Origin: Candidatus Eiseniibacteriota bacterium
Lineage (GTDB): Bacteria; Eisenbacteria; RBG-16-71-46
Direction: 5' to 3'
DNA: 64,000 nucleotides
Assembly (NCBI GenBank): GCA_031370785.1
Contig: JANMQY010000042.1
Location: 9,612-73,611 of the forward strand
Of the stretch, positions 41,298 through 52,542 are shown piece after piece. The position numbers and the translations under genes were made by a program. How positions within the stretch are numbered: the stretch's first letter is position 1; the number at the start of each line of letters is the position of its first letter. The notes under the pieces were generated by a model that did not search any database, was not told the DNA's origin, and saw only the letters and a program-made list of their open reading frames with translations.

Positions 41298-42386
41298 TCA
41301 TCCGGCAACGGATTGAAATTCGAAGGCGGCCACCGCGCGCTCGAGCGCCTCGAGTGCGGCCGCGAAGCGCGGTGGCTCGTATCCAAGACCGATGCGCACG
41401 CCGCGAGCATCGCCGAAGAAGCGCCCGGGCGCCACCGCAAGGTCGAATCGCTCGGCGGCAAAGGCCGCGAATGCATCGCCGGCTCCGGCCGCGCCGAAGT
41501 CGAGCCATGTGACGGTGCCGCCGGGCGCCGCGTCGGCGTGTAGCCACGGGTGCGCCGCCGCAAACGTGCGCCATCGCGCGTGGTTCTCGGCGAGGACGCG
41601 ATGCGCGCGTCCGCGCAGCGTATCGAGGTGGGGAACGAGCGCGCGCGCGAATGCAATCGCTGGAAGCGAGGCCTGCACCGAGAGCGCGTTCTGGGCGTCC
41701 GCGACCCGGGCCAGCGTGTCCTGGTTCCCCGCGACCCAGCCGATGCGCAGGTCGCCCATCCCATAGATCTTGGTGAGAGTCGAGATCGTGACCCACGGCC
41801 CGCCTCGCGCGGCCATCGTGCCCGGCGCACGCGGACTCGCGTCGCGGAACGTCTCGTCGCACAGCACCGGCACGCGGCCGCGCGTGGCGAGGGCCTCGAG
41901 CGCTTCGGCGTCGCGCGGATCGAGCGCCACGCTGTCGGGATTGTGCAGGTCGCTGACCAGGATCAGGCGAGTGGTCGGACGAATCATTGGCTCGATGGCG
42001 GCGGCGAGTGCACCCGCCGTGCGCGGTCGCTCGAACGTGCGCACCGTTCGCCCGAGCACCACCGGGGCGACCCGGTGCGGCTCGTAGCCCGGCGACTCGA
42101 CCAGCATCTCGGCGCCGGGCTCGACCAGCGCGAGGACCACGGCCGCGTACGCCTCACTGGCACCCGCGGTCACGACGACCTGGCCTCCCGGCGCCGCGAT
42201 TCGGGCCGCCAGCTCGCGCTCCAGCGCCTCGTTGCCGGAGTGATACTCGCGCGGAAACTCGATCTCGTGCGGAAGTCCGAGCGCCGCGAGATCCGGCGTG
42301 GCGATCGCGCTCTCGGCGAGGCTGAAGCGGAGACGGCGCGGTTCGGTCTTGCTGAACGCCAGATGTTGAAGGCGTGGAGGAGCCAT
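41298..42386 (-). CDS. Class I/II PLP-dependent aminotransferase
   Basis: TAGASEA, PGYEP, HNP, DETF and STLTKIYGMGDLRIGW. Confidence 0.85.
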   Translation of the reverse strand: MAPPRLQHLAFSKTEPRRLRFSLAESAIATPDLAALGLPHEIEFPREYHSGNEALERELAARIAAPGGQVVVTAGASEAYAAVVLALVEPGAEMLVESPGYEPHRVAPVVLGRTVRTFERPRTAGALAAAIEPMIRPTTRLILVSDLHNPDSVALDPRDAEALEALATRGRVPVLCDETFRDASPRAPGTMAARGGPWVTISTLTKIYGMGDLRIGWVAGNQDTLARVADAQNALSVQASLPAIAFARALVPHLDTLRGRAHRVLAENHARWRTFAAAHPWLHADAAPGGTVTWLDFGAAGAGDAFAAFAAERFDLAVAPGRFFGDARGVRIGLGYEPPRFAAALEALERAVAAFEFQSVAG

Positions 42387-42532
42387 GGCGCGCGAGGGTA
42401 GCACGCGGCCGGGCACGCGGTCAGAATGTTGGGATCGCGCTTGACCTCGGACCCGCACATCCCGTTCCATGGCGCGCGTCCCTTTCGCAGGGATCCGATC
42501 CCTTTCGCCCCTGACCTCGACCCGAGGGTCCG

Positions 42533-44668
42533 ATGAATGATCTTTCGAGTGCGCTCGCGCGACGAATGCTCGCCGCGGCCCTGCTGTGCGCGACCATGAG
42601 CGCTCCGCGGCCCGCAGATGCCGCCAAACCCGCATACCCGACATCCCGGATCCAGGCCGTGGCCGACACGCTTCACGGCACCGTGCTGGTCGACCCGTAC
42701 CGCTGGCTCGAAGATGGAGAGAGCGAGGCGGTCAAGCGCTGGAGCGACTCGCAGAACGCATTCACCCGCAGCGTGCTCGATCAGTATCCCGGCCGTGAGG
42801 CGCTGCGCGAGAGGCTGCGCTCGCTGTACGCGGTCACCACCACCGGAGATGCGCGGGTGCGCGGCTCCCGCCTGTTCTACTCGCGCCACGTCGGCACGCA
42901 GAATCAGCCGGTGGTAATGCTGCGCGAGGGCGCGGGCGACGCGCGCGTCGCGCTCGATCCGAACACCCTGAGCAGCGATGGCACGGTGGCGCTCGACTGG
43001 ATGTACTTCTCTCCCGACGGCGCGCGCCTGGCATACGGCACCTCGGCGGGCGGGAGCGAGCAGAGCACGCTGCGCGTGCGTGAGTTCGCGCCGGCCGGCG
43101 CGCCCTCCGACCTTGCGGAGGCAATTCCCAACACCGCGCACGCCAGCGTCGCCTGGGATCCGGACGGGCGCGGCTTCCTCTACACGCGCCATCCGGCCAG
43201 GGGCGAGGTTCCGGCGGGCGAGGAAGTCTTCCACGAGCGAGTGTTCCATCACCGGCTCGGCGACGATCCGGCCAAGGATCCGATGGTCTTCGGCGGCGAG
43301 GGCCGGCCCATGCAGGAGACGCGCAATGTGAGCCTTTCGTCCGATCGGCGCTGGGTGTTCCTGCAGCTCTCGACCGACTGGGCGAAGAACGATCTGCTGG
43401 TCCGCCCGGCCGCCGGCGGCGAGTTCCAGCCGCTGGCGGCCGGACTGGACGGAACCGTGAACGGCGACAGCTGGGATGGGGTGATGTACCTGATCACCAA
43501 CGTCGGCGCGCCCCGCTACCGCGTGGTGCGGGCCGACCCGTCCCGTCCCGGCCCCGACGGATGGAAGGACGTGGTGCCGGAGCAGAAGGGCGTCATCGAG
43601 GACTTTCAGATCGTCGGCGGCAAGCTGGCGCTCGCGATCTCGGAGAACGCCGTGTCGCGCGTGGTGCTCTACGGACTGGACGGAAAGCTGGAGCGCGAGG
43701 TCGCGCTCCCGACGCTGGGCACGGTTTCGGGGCTTGCGGCGAATCCCGCCGGACACGAACTGTACTTCGGTTTCTCGTCGTTCGCGTTTCCGGCCACGCT
43801 CTACCGCTACGATTTCGAGCGCCGCGCGTTGGCGCCGATCGAAACCTCCGCTTCACCGTTTCGTGCCGCCGACTACGTGACCCGCCAGGAGTGGTTCACC
43901 TCGAAGGACGGAACGCGGGTCCCGCTGTTCCTCGTGCATCGCAAGGACCTCGAGATGGACGGGAACCGGCCCACCCTGATCACCGGGTACGGCGGGTTCA
44001 ACGTGAGCACTTCCCCGGGCTACCGCGCCGATGTATTCCCGTGGCTGGATGCGGGCGGCGTATACGCGAGCGTGTGCCTGCGCGGCGGCGGCGAGTTCGG
44101 ACGCGCCTGGCACGAGGCGGGGCGGCTCGAGCACAAGCAGAACGTGTTCGACGATTTTCACGCCGCGACCGAATGGCTGGTGAAGTCGGGCATCACGCGC
44201 CCCGAGCGCCTCGCGGCGCGCGGAGGCTCGAACGGCGGACTGCTGGTCGGCGCGGTCGAGACCGAACGTCCCGAGCTCTACGGCGCGATCGTGTGCCAGG
44301 CGCCGCTGCTCGACATGATCCGCTACCAGCGCTTCCTGATTGCGCGCTACTGGGTGCCCGAGTACGGCTCGAGCGAGGACCCGGCCCAGTTCCGCTACCT
44401 GCTCGCCTACTCGCCGTATCAGAACGTGCGCGACGGAACGCACTATCCCCCGACGCTGTTCACCACCGCCGAGGAGGACTCGCGGGTCGATCCGCTGCAT
44501 GCGCGCAAGATGGCGGCGCGGCTCCAGGCCGCCACCTCCGGCGACGCTCCGATCCTGATCCGGATCGAAAGCAAGGCCGGTCACGGAATGGGCAAGCCGA
44601 TCTCGAAGCGGATCGACGAAGCGGTGGACGTGCTCAGCTTCCTGTTCCTGCAGCTGCACGTGAGCTGA
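42533..44668 (+). CDS. Secreted prolyl oligopeptidase (S9A)
   Basis: Signal peptide, DPYRWLE, GYGGF, GGSNGG (Ser), DSRV (Asp) and AGHG (His). Confidence 0.95.
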   Translation: MNDLSSALARRMLAAALLCATMSAPRPADAAKPAYPTSRIQAVADTLHGTVLVDPYRWLEDGESEAVKRWSDSQNAFTRSVLDQYPGREALRERLRSLYAVTTTGDARVRGSRLFYSRHVGTQNQPVVMLREGAGDARVALDPNTLSSDGTVALDWMYFSPDGARLAYGTSAGGSEQSTLRVREFAPAGAPSDLAEAIPNTAHASVAWDPDGRGFLYTRHPARGEVPAGEEVFHERVFHHRLGDDPAKDPMVFGGEGRPMQETRNVSLSSDRRWVFLQLSTDWAKNDLLVRPAAGGEFQPLAAGLDGTVNGDSWDGVMYLITNVGAPRYRVVRADPSRPGPDGWKDVVPEQKGVIEDFQIVGGKLALAISENAVSRVVLYGLDGKLEREVALPTLGTVSGLAANPAGHELYFGFSSFAFPATLYRYDFERRALAPIETSASPFRAADYVTRQEWFTSKDGTRVPLFLVHRKDLEMDGNRPTLITGYGGFNVSTSPGYRADVFPWLDAGGVYASVCLRGGGEFGRAWHEAGRLEHKQNVFDDFHAATEWLVKSGITRPERLAARGGSNGGLLVGAVETERPELYGAIVCQAPLLDMIRYQRFLIARYWVPEYGSSEDPAQFRYLLAYSPYQNVRDGTHYPPTLFTTAEEDSRVDPLHARKMAARLQAATSGDAPILIRIESKAGHGMGKPISKRIDEAVDVLSFLFLQLHVS

Positions 44669-44684
44669 GCGGTTGAAGTTCGGG

Positions 44685-45377
44685 TCAGGGGCGAGGGCCG
44701 AGCTCGCGCTCGAAGCCGATCGTGTAGATCACGTTGTCGAGATTCGTGAAGTCGTAGCGGCTGTTGCGCTCGACGCCGAGGCGCAGCCAGCTCTTCCTGA
44801 TGTCGAACGCCCACCCCAGCGTCCGCCGGCTGGCCGGGGCGACAGTGGCCTGCACCCAGTCGTTGCCCTCGTTCGCGAGTCGCACGCGCAGCGGCACCAC
44901 CCACAGGTCGTCTCCGCGCGGATCATGAATCACGGTTGCCGAGGCGAAGTTGTACGAGCCCCAGTAGTAGTCCGCGCCCGCACCGGCCACCCACACCGTC
45001 GAGTCGCGCCCCACGATCGGGCTCAGCTCGAGCCGGCCGACGAGGTGATCCGTCAGCACCTGATCGGTGCCGAACGTGAAGCGCTCTCGATGGTGCTCAT
45101 GGCGCCACTGCGCGCTGTATACCGAGCGCCGCGCATCGCGCAGGTGAATGCCGAGCTCCGGGCGGAACTGGTCGTCGGTGTTCGGATCGACGAAGTCCCA
45201 GTACTCGAGCTGGACGTGGAAGGGCCCACGCGTGCCGTAGGCGAGCACGTCGCGCAGATCGTTGTGGTTGCTGAACGCCCAGTAGCGATATTGAGCGCCG
45301 ACCTTCCCCGGCGAGGCCGCGCCAGCGGAACAGACGGTCAGGAGCAGCAGCAGAAACGACAGGCTCAGGCGTCTCAT
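44685..45377 (-). CDS. Probable outer-membrane beta-barrel protein (YaiO-like by context)
   Basis: Signal peptide [20 protein letters not shown] and aromatic-rich alternating strands. The ATG overlaps the GT2 stop (ATGA). Confidence 0.6.
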   Translation of the reverse strand: MRRLSLSFLLLLLTVCSAGAASPGKVGAQYRYWAFSNHNDLRDVLAYGTRGPFHVQLEYWDFVDPNTDDQFRPELGIHLRDARRSVYSAQWRHEHHRERFTFGTDQVLTDHLVGRLELSPIVGRDSTVWVAGAGADYYWGSYNFASATVIHDPRGDDLWVVPLRVRLANEGNDWVQATVAPASRRTLGWAFDIRKSWLRLGVERNSRYDFTNLDNVIYTIGFERELGPRP

Positions 45378-46621
45378 GCGAATCGGTCCCTCGGTCCGCG
45401 CCGTGGGCGCATGGAGCCGGTGACAAACCGGAACCAGAACCATACCAGCGCCGACAGCGTACGCAGCACGGTGTTGATCGCGCCGTAGATCGGGTAGAAG
45501 AGCAGGACCCCGAGCGGCGCGCGCCGGTTGGTGCCCGGGGTGCGCACGATCGCGTAGGGATAGAGCTCGAAGGAAAGATAGAGCAGGTAGATCACGAGCC
45601 CCCACCAGCGCAGCGCCGGGGTCAGCGCGATCACGACGATCGACCACGTCTTGAGGGGATCGCTCACCAGCGTGTACAGGTTGTACGCCATTTCGTAGCG
45701 CAGGCGCCACGGCGTCCCGCCCCGGAACAGCAGGCGCGCGAAATTCGCGAACTGATGGTACATGCCCGGATACCATCCGGTGAGCCGCTGACGCAACCAC
45801 TGGCCGATGGTGGACGGCGCGACCGTCCACACCGCCTCGTTCGCGAACACGATCCGGTGGCGATTGAGCAGGTGGATGATGGTGCGCTGCAGGTCCTCGC
45901 CCTGGAATACTCCGGTGTGCTGATGGTGGTAGCGGTCGAGATCCTCGGTTCGGAACAGCCCGATCGCGCCCGAGACGCAGCTCACCGACTGGGTCACGTC
46001 GTGGAAGCGCTTTCCGATCTCCATGCTCTTGCCGTACTCGTAGCGCTGGACGTGCCCGAGGAAGTTGTTGCCGCGCGAACCGTCCCGGTTGCGCCGGTCG
46101 GGAAGCACGTGAAAGGCCACCGCGTCGAATCCGTCGTCGCTGATCAGCGAAGTCGGGATGCGCGCCCCGCCCAGCCGGGTATCGTCGTCGAGCAGCAGGG
46201 TGAGCGGGGTCCGGACGCGGTGCACCGCGAAGTTGATCGCACCCGCCTTGCCCTTGCTCTTCTTGAAGCGATGCACCTCGCAACCCAGCCGGCGCGCGAC
46301 GCCGCTGGTGTCATCGGTGCTCCCGTCGTCGATCACGATGACGCGCTCCCCGGGCAGGAACCGCGCGAGATCCGCGATGGTGCCGGGCAATTCGTGGGCG
46401 CCGTTGCGCGAGGCGATGACCGCGGTCACCAGCGATCCGTCCGAGCGGAATTGCCGATCGTCACTCCGTCCGAGCAGCTCGATCATGAGCTTCACGAAGT
46501 CGACGAGCGCGCAGAACAGCACGACGAACAGAATTGTGTGCGACCAGCCTCCCATCCGTGTGGTTCCCTCCGACGCAGGCGCGATCCACGCATTCCAGAT
46601 GTGCCAGAGCGTTATCGGCAT
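45374..46621 (-). CDS. Processive-type glycosyltransferase family 2 (PgaC/chitin/hyaluronan synthase-like)
   Basis: [27 protein letters not shown] and QRLTGW, with N- and C-terminal TM helices. Confidence 0.85.
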   Translation of the reverse strand: MPITLWHIWNAWIAPASEGTTRMGGWSHTILFVVLFCALVDFVKLMIELLGRSDDRQFRSDGSLVTAVIASRNGAHELPGTIADLARFLPGERVIVIDDGSTDDTSGVARRLGCEVHRFKKSKGKAGAINFAVHRVRTPLTLLLDDDTRLGGARIPTSLISDDGFDAVAFHVLPDRRNRDGSRGNNFLGHVQRYEYGKSMEIGKRFHDVTQSVSCVSGAIGLFRTEDLDRYHHQHTGVFQGEDLQRTIIHLLNRHRIVFANEAVWTVAPSTIGQWLRQRLTGWYPGMYHQFANFARLLFRGGTPWRLRYEMAYNLYTLVSDPLKTWSIVVIALTPALRWWGLVIYLLYLSFELYPYAIVRTPGTNRRAPLGVLLFYPIYGAINTVLRTLSALVWFWFRFVTGSMRPRRGPRDRFA

Positions 46622-46675
46622 CGCGGACTCCGTCCGTGAGTCGTTCGCCCGCACCGGCTTGCACGGCCTTCCGCC

Positions 46676-46704
46676 TTGACCGGCCGCGGCCCGGTCCCTA
46701 CGCT
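46676..46704 (+). promoter_or_regulatory. Putative sigma-70 promoter
   Basis: TTGACC-N17-TACGCT, 36 nt before the carboxyltransferase start. Confidence 0.5.
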
Positions 46705-46740
46705 CCGCGCCGCCAACCGCATCCGTCCGAGGAGGGGTCC

Positions 46741-48291
46741 GTGAATCGAAAGGAACGCTTCGCCGAGCTCAGCCGGCGCCGCGAACAGGCGCTCGCCGGC
46801 GGCGGCGAGGAGCGCGTCGCGAAGGTCCACGCCAGCGGGCGCCTGACCGCGCGCGAGCGCATCGAGTTGCTGGTGGATCCCGGCTCGTTCGTCGAAGTCG
46901 GCACCTACGTCACCCATCGCACCCGCGATTTCGGGATGGACCAGAAGCATATCGTCGGCGACGGAGTGGTCGCGGGCTGGGGCACGGTGGAAGGCCGGCA
47001 GATCTACCTGTTCGCGCAGGACTTCACCGTGTTCGGCGGCACCATGAGCGAGGCCAACGCGAAGAAGATCTGCGCGATCATGGATCTCGCGCTCGACAAC
47101 GGTGCTCCGATCGTCGGCCTCAACGACTCGGGCGGCGCGCGCATCCAGGAAGGCGTGCTCTCCCTGGGCGCGTACGCCGACGTGTTCCTGCGCAACACGC
47201 TGGCCTCGGGCGTGGTGCCGCAGATCTCGGCGATCCTCGGGCCGTGCGCCGGAGGGGCGGTCTACTCCCCCGCGATCACCGACTTCACCATCATGGTCGA
47301 AGGGACCAGCCACATGTTCGTGACCGGGCCCGAGGTGATCAAGGCGGTGACCTCGGAGGAGGTATCGTTCGAGGATCTCGGCGGCGCGATGACCCACAAC
47401 TCGAAGAGCGGAGTCGCGCATTTCGCCGCCAAGGACGACGCGGATTGCATCCGGCACGTGAAGCGGCTGCTCTCGTTTCTTCCAGCCAACAACGTCGAGG
47501 ACGCACCGCGCCGCGCCACCAGCGACCCGATCGAACGCCGTGACGAGGCGCTGACCACGCTGGTTCCCGACGCGTCGGATCAGCCGTACGACATGAAGGA
47601 CCTGGTGCGCCGCGTCGTGGACGATGGAGACTTCTTCGAGGTTCACGAGCACTTCGCGCAGAATCTCATCGTCGGATTTGCCCGTCTCAACGGACGCAGC
47701 GTCGGCGTGGTCGGAAACCAGCCGAAGGTGCTGGCCGGGGTTCTCGACATCGATTCCTCGGTGAAGGGTGCGCGCTTCGTGCGCTTCTGCGACGCGTTCA
47801 ACATCTCGCTGATCACGTTCGAGGACGTGCCCGGATTCCTGCCCGGCACGCGCCAGGAGTGGGGCGGTATCATTCGTCACGGCGCGAAGCTGCTCTACGC
47901 GTACTGCGAGGCGACCGTGCCCAAGCTGACGGTGGTGGTGCGCAAGGCCTACGGCGGCGCATACGACGTCATGTCGAGCAAGCACATCCGCGGCGACTAT
48001 AACGTCGCGTGGCCGAGTGCCGAGATGGCGGTGATGGGAGCGGACGGCGCCGTGAACATTCTCTACCGCGACGAGCGGGCAAAGGCGAAGGACCCGGTGG
48101 CCGAGCGCAAGCGACTGGTTGCCGAGTACAACGAGCGGTTCGCCTCTCCGTGGATCGCGGCGGAGCTCGGCTACCTCGACGACGTCATCGAACCGCGCGA
48201 CACCCGGCCGAGACTCATCGCCGCGCTCGAAATGCTCCGCCATAAGCGCCAGTCGCTGCCCTTCAAGAAACACGGTAACCCACCGCTCTAA
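46741..48291 (+). CDS. pccB: Acyl-CoA carboxylase carboxyltransferase subunit (propionyl-CoA carboxylase beta-like)
   Basis: [45 protein letters not shown] and KKHGN. GGAGG RBS before the GTG. Confidence 0.9.
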   Translation: MNRKERFAELSRRREQALAGGGEERVAKVHASGRLTARERIELLVDPGSFVEVGTYVTHRTRDFGMDQKHIVGDGVVAGWGTVEGRQIYLFAQDFTVFGGTMSEANAKKICAIMDLALDNGAPIVGLNDSGGARIQEGVLSLGAYADVFLRNTLASGVVPQISAILGPCAGGAVYSPAITDFTIMVEGTSHMFVTGPEVIKAVTSEEVSFEDLGGAMTHNSKSGVAHFAAKDDADCIRHVKRLLSFLPANNVEDAPRRATSDPIERRDEALTTLVPDASDQPYDMKDLVRRVVDDGDFFEVHEHFAQNLIVGFARLNGRSVGVVGNQPKVLAGVLDIDSSVKGARFVRFCDAFNISLITFEDVPGFLPGTRQEWGGIIRHGAKLLYAYCEATVPKLTVVVRKAYGGAYDVMSSKHIRGDYNVAWPSAEMAVMGADGAVNILYRDERAKAKDPVAERKRLVAEYNERFASPWIAAELGYLDDVIEPRDTRPRLIAALEMLRHKRQSLPFKKHGNPPL

Positions 48292-48314
48292 AAGACTCAC
48301 ACCACATAACATGA

Positions 48315-48350
48315 AGGGGCCGGGCAGTCCCCTGCCCGTCCCCCTGTTTC
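48315..48350 (+). terminator. Probable intrinsic terminator after pccB
   Basis: GC-rich imperfect hairpin (GGGGCCGGGCAG-TCCC-CTGCCCGTCCCC) followed by CTGTTT. Confidence 0.5.
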
Positions 48351-48408
48351 GCGACCCACGAGTATACGCGGCGAATGCCCGGCCCTCCAAGCGCGGATTC
48401 CGACCCGG

Positions 48409-49437
48409 CTAGACCACCAGCATCGCGTCTCCATACGAATAGAAGCGGTAGCGCTGCTCGATCGCATGGGCGTACGCGCGCCGCATCAGCTCCTCACCGG
48501 CAAAGGCCGCCACCAGCAGGAGCAGCGTGGTGCGCGGCAGGTGAAAATTGGTGAGCAGCGCGTCCACCGCCTGGAAGCGGTAGGGCGGAACGATGAACTT
48601 GCGGGTCCAGCCCTCGGCGGGACCCATCGCGCCCTGGTTGGCATCGCACGCCGACTCCAGCGCGCGAACCGATGTCGTGCCGACCGCGATGATGCGCCCA
48701 CCTGCCGCTCGCGTGGCGACCAGCGCCGCAGCGGCCTTCGCATCGACCCCGAACCACTCCTCGTCCATGCGGTGGTTGCAGGGGCCGGCGGCGGTGATCG
48801 GGCGAAAGGTGCCGGGCCCGACGTGCAACACGAGCGGCACCCGTGTCACGCCGCGCGACTCCAGCCGCTCGAGAAGTTCGCGTGAGAAGTGCAGTCCGGC
48901 GGTGGGCGCGGCCACAGCGCCGTCGAGGCGCGCGAAGACGGTCTGATAGCGCTCCGCATCGCTCGGGTCGGCCGCCCGGTGGATGTAGGGCGGAAGTGGA
49001 ATCGCACCGTGCGCGCGCAACGCGGCGTCGAGGTCGCCACGCACCACCCGGACCACGCGTTCGCCGTCTTCCCCGAGCTCGATCACTTCCAGCGACAGGT
49101 CGCCTTCCGCGCTCTGGAGTGTCCCTCCGCGAGGCGCCTTCTTCGCCGGACGGACCAGCACGCGCCACGCGCCATCTCGATCCGGCCGCACCACCAGCAC
49201 CTCGACTCGCCCGCCGCTCGGCCGGCGCAGCTCGAGGCGCGCTGGGCGCACGCGGGTCTCGTTCACGGCGAGCGCATCGCCGGGCCGCAGCCATGCCTCG
49301 AGCTCCGAGACGCGGGCGTCGTGAAGGGCGCCGCTGCCGCGCTCGACCACCAGCATCCGGGCGTCCTCGCGGCGGGCCGCGGGGCGCTGCGCGATCAACT
49401 CTTCGGGAAGCGGGTAGTCGAGATGGTCGAGACGCAC
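48409..49437 (-). CDS. queA: S-adenosylmethionine:tRNA ribosyltransferase-isomerase
   Basis: DYPLPEELIAQRP, PLPPYI, AAPTAGLHF, LHVGPGTF, TNFHLP and YRFYSYGDAM. Confidence 0.96.
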   Translation of the reverse strand: MRLDHLDYPLPEELIAQRPAARREDARMLVVERGSGALHDARVSELEAWLRPGDALAVNETRVRPARLELRRPSGGRVEVLVVRPDRDGAWRVLVRPAKKAPRGGTLQSAEGDLSLEVIELGEDGERVVRVVRGDLDAALRAHGAIPLPPYIHRAADPSDAERYQTVFARLDGAVAAPTAGLHFSRELLERLESRGVTRVPLVLHVGPGTFRPITAAGPCNHRMDEEWFGVDAKAAAALVATRAAGGRIIAVGTTSVRALESACDANQGAMGPAEGWTRKFIVPPYRFQAVDALLTNFHLPRTTLLLLVAAFAGEELMRRAYAHAIEQRYRFYSYGDAMLVV

Positions 49438-49472
49438 GGAGGGAAGCGCTGGCGCGAGAAGGCGCGCGGCGA

Positions 49473-50549
49473 TCAGCGCAGCGGCAGCTCTGGCTGGTGC
49501 TCGTTCTCCCCCGCGGGGCGCGGAGGCTCGAGGCCCAGGTGCGTCCACGCGAGCGGCGTCGCTTCGCGCCCGCGTGCGGTGCGCTTGAGGAACCCTTCCT
49601 GGATCAGGTAGGGCTCGTACACGTCCTCGAGCGTGTCGGCCTCCTCGCCCACCACCACCGCCAGGGTCTGAAGCCCGACCGGGCCGCCCTGGTACTTGGT
49701 GATCAGCGCATCGAGCAGACGGCGGTCCATCTCGTCGAGGCCGCGCTCGTCCACCTCGAGCATACGCAGCGCATCGTGCGCCACGCGCTCGGTGATCACC
49801 CCGTCGGCGCGGATCAGCGCAAAGTCGCGCACACGGCGTAGCAGCCGGTTGGCGACGCGCGGCGTGCCGCGCGAGCGGCGCGCCAGCTCGAGAGCCGCCG
49901 CATCGTCGATCGTAACCCTGAGGATGCCGGCCGAGCGCCGCACGACGCGGCACAGGTCCTCGGGCGAATAGTAGTCGAGCCGAAGGGTCACGCCGAAGCG
50001 CGAGCGCATCGGCGAGGACAGCAGCCCCGAGCGCGTGGTCGCCCCCACCAGCGTGAATTTCTCGAGGTTGATCTTGAGCGAGCGAGCATTGGGACCGCGG
50101 TCGAGCAGGATGTCGAGCGTGAAATCTTCGAGCGCGGGATACAGGTATTCCTCGACCACCGGGCTCAGGCGATGGATCTCGTCCACGAACAGGATGCCGC
50201 GCGGCCCGACGTTGGTCAGAAGCCCGGCGAGATCGCCCGGCCGCTCGATGACCGGGCCCGAAGTGTGCGTGATCTCGACCCCCAGCTCGTGAGCCACGAT
50301 CGACGCCAGGGTGGTCTTTCCGAGGCCCGGCGGGCCGTGGAACAGCACGTGGTCCATGGCCTCGCCGCGGCGCCGCGCGGCCTCGAGGAAGACGCGCAGC
50401 TGCTCCTTCACCGTCGACTGTCCCACGAACTCATCAAGGGCCAGCGGGCGGAGGCGCTTCTCCTCCTGGAGATCCTCGGCGAACGGCTCGGGATCCGCGA
50501 CGCGATGCGGAGGCGCCTTCTCGGATTTCGGCTCGGGGGCTTTGCTCAA
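49473..50549 (-). CDS. ruvB: Holliday junction helicase RuvB
   Basis: [30 protein letters not shown] and [11 protein letters not shown]. Start approximate (TTG). Confidence 0.96.
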   Translation of the reverse strand: MSKAPEPKSEKAPPHRVADPEPFAEDLQEEKRLRPLALDEFVGQSTVKEQLRVFLEAARRRGEAMDHVLFHGPPGLGKTTLASIVAHELGVEITHTSGPVIERPGDLAGLLTNVGPRGILFVDEIHRLSPVVEEYLYPALEDFTLDILLDRGPNARSLKINLEKFTLVGATTRSGLLSSPMRSRFGVTLRLDYYSPEDLCRVVRRSAGILRVTIDDAAALELARRSRGTPRVANRLLRRVRDFALIRADGVITERVAHDALRMLEVDERGLDEMDRRLLDALITKYQGGPVGLQTLAVVVGEEADTLEDVYEPYLIQEGFLKRTARGREATPLAWTHLGLEPPRPAGENEHQPELPLR

Positions 50550-50559
50550 TGCAATCTCC

Positions 50560-51198
50560 TCATCGCGACACCGCTGCGGACTTCCCGAGCGCCGCCAGTG
50601 CGCGTCGCACCAGCGCCTCGGCCGAGGACTCACCACCGGCATCGGCCGCACGTCGCACAGCTTCCTGCGCCTGGGCGGCAGTGTATCCGAGGCGGGTCAG
50701 CGCCGCGACCGCATCCTCGAAGCGCTCCGAGCGTGGCAGGATTCCCGGCTCGCGCGATCCGGCTGAGGGCTCGGCGAGCGTCGCCGCGGTCTCGAATCCC
50801 ACCAGCTTGTCGCGCAGCTCCACCACCAGCCGCTCGGCGGTCTTGCGCCCGATGCCGGGAATCGCGACCAGCACGGCGACGTGCTCGTCGCGAATCGCGC
50901 GCGCCAGGGCCGCGGGGCGCAGTCCCGAGAGCACCGCGAGCCCGAGCCTGGGCCCGACCCCGCTCACTCCGATGAGCAGATCGAACAGTTTCTGCTCTTC
51001 GGGCTCGGCGAATCCGAACAGCTGGACCGCGTCCTCGCGCACCACCTGGCGCGTGCGCAGGAACACGTCTTCACCCGGCTTCGGCAACGTGCGAGCGGTG
51101 TGGGTCGAGACGCTCACCATGTATCCGACGCCGGCGCACTCGACGATGCACGACGCGGCGTCCTTCTCGAGCAGCGTGCCACGCAGGGATGCGATCAT
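50560..51198 (-). CDS. ruvA: Holliday junction branch migration protein RuvA
   Basis: MIASLRG, GVGY, LFGF, VSGVGPR and [11 protein letters not shown]. Confidence 0.95.
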   Translation of the reverse strand: MIASLRGTLLEKDAASCIVECAGVGYMVSVSTHTARTLPKPGEDVFLRTRQVVREDAVQLFGFAEPEEQKLFDLLIGVSGVGPRLGLAVLSGLRPAALARAIRDEHVAVLVAIPGIGRKTAERLVVELRDKLVGFETAATLAEPSAGSREPGILPRSERFEDAVAALTRLGYTAAQAQEAVRRAADAGGESSAEALVRRALAALGKSAAVSR

Positions 51199-51758
51199 CG
51201 CCCATTCCGCGCGCCGGCCGTGCGCCCGCGCCGGGCGAGCAGCGCGATCAGACTCTGGGCGGCGGCCGAGGCGGCCCGCGCCGCGGGCGGACGCTTCGAG
51301 CGATGCAAGTGGCAGAGCGCGGTCGCCAGGGCGTCCGAGGCGTCGGCTTCCAACGCTCCTTCGATCCCCAGCAGCCGGCGCACCATGAACTCGACCTGTT
51401 CCTTCGCGGCGCCGCCGTTCCCGGCCACGCTGAGCTTGATCTCGCGCGGGGTGTACTCGGCGATGATCACGCCGCGCTCGGCCGCCGCCACCAGCAGCGC
51501 TCCGCGAACATGGCCCAGCACCAGCGTCGAGTGCACGCTCTCGTGGTAGAACGCCTCCTCGACCGCGACGCATTCGGGAGCGAACTCGTCGATGACCTCG
51601 CCGGCGCGGCGTGCGATGGCGTGAAGGCGATCGGCGAGCGTGGCCTTCAGCGGCGGGCGGACCACACCGCGCGCGACGCAGCGATACTGGTTGCCGCTGC
51701 CCTCCACCACGCCGAAGCCGGTCCGTCGGCTGCCGGGGTCCAATCCCAGGACTCGCAT
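51195..51758 (-). CDS. ruvC: Crossover junction endodeoxyribonuclease RuvC
   Basis: LGLDPG, AVEE, EYTP, GNGGAAKEQV and DASDALA. Confidence 0.96.
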   Translation of the reverse strand: MRVLGLDPGSRRTGFGVVEGSGNQYRCVARGVVRPPLKATLADRLHAIARRAGEVIDEFAPECVAVEEAFYHESVHSTLVLGHVRGALLVAAAERGVIIAEYTPREIKLSVAGNGGAAKEQVEFMVRRLLGIEGALEADASDALATALCHLHRSKRPPAARAASAAAQSLIALLARRGRTAGARNGR

Positions 51759-51774
51759 GAGGGTTCGGGCGCGC

Positions 51775-52524
51775 TCAGCGCGCCAGACGCGCCATCACAT
51801 CGTCGGCGATGCTGAAATTCGCATACACCTTCTGGACGTCGTCGTTGTCTTCGAGCGCATCCATCAGCCGCAGCACCGCCTCGGCCTCCTTCTCGGAGAC
51901 CGGAACCTCGATCGACGCGATCTTGGTCTGCTCGGCGCTGTGCACCGCGACGCCCTTCGCCGCGAGGGCATCCTTGACCGCCTCGAACTTCGAGGGCGCG
52001 GTGAGCACTTCGAAGTGCTCGCCCTCGGTGTTGACGTCATCCGCTCCGGCGTCGAGCGCCAGCTCGATCAGCACGTCCTCGGCAATGGCCGTCCGATCCA
52101 CGACGATGAGCCCGCGCGGCTTGAACAGGTACGAGACGCTGCCGGCCTCGCCCATGTTGCCGCCGTGCTTGGTCAGGATGTGGCGGATGTCTCCGGCCGT
52201 GCGATTGCGGTTGTCGGTGGCGATCTCGACCAGGAGCGCCACGCCGCCCGGCGCGTAACCTTCGTACTGCGTCTCCTCGTACATCACGCCGTCCACCTCG
52301 CCGCTGCCGCGCTTGATCGCCCGCTCGATGTTGTTCGCGGGCATGTTCAACGACTTCGCGGTCGCCACCGCGGTGCGCAGGCGGGGATTGGTCTCGACGT
52401 CACCGCCGCCGTGGCGCGCGGCGATGGTGATCTCCTTGATGTACTTGGAAAACATCTTGCCACGAGCCTGATCGGTCGCGGCCTTCTTGCGCTTGATGGT
52501 CGCCCATTTGGAATGTCCGGACAT
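51775..52524 (-). CDS. yebC: YebC/PmpR family protein
   Basis: [34 protein letters not shown] and DDVQKVY. Confidence 0.96.
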   Translation of the reverse strand: MSGHSKWATIKRKKAATDQARGKMFSKYIKEITIAARHGGGDVETNPRLRTAVATAKSLNMPANNIERAIKRGSGEVDGVMYEETQYEGYAPGGVALLVEIATDNRNRTAGDIRHILTKHGGNMGEAGSVSYLFKPRGLIVVDRTAIAEDVLIELALDAGADDVNTEGEHFEVLTAPSKFEAVKDALAAKGVAVHSAEQTKIASIEVPVSEKEAEAVLRLMDALEDNDDVQKVYANFSIADDVMARLAR

Positions 52525-52542
52525 GATGATCGGGGAGCAGGC

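Noticed and set aside
25808..48291. Thiolase, hydroxyacyl-CoA dehydrogenase, crotonase and carboxyltransferase as one pathway cluster
   Set aside because: They are scattered over 22 kb in different transcription units and orientations. These are common enzymes and there is no evidence of a single locus.
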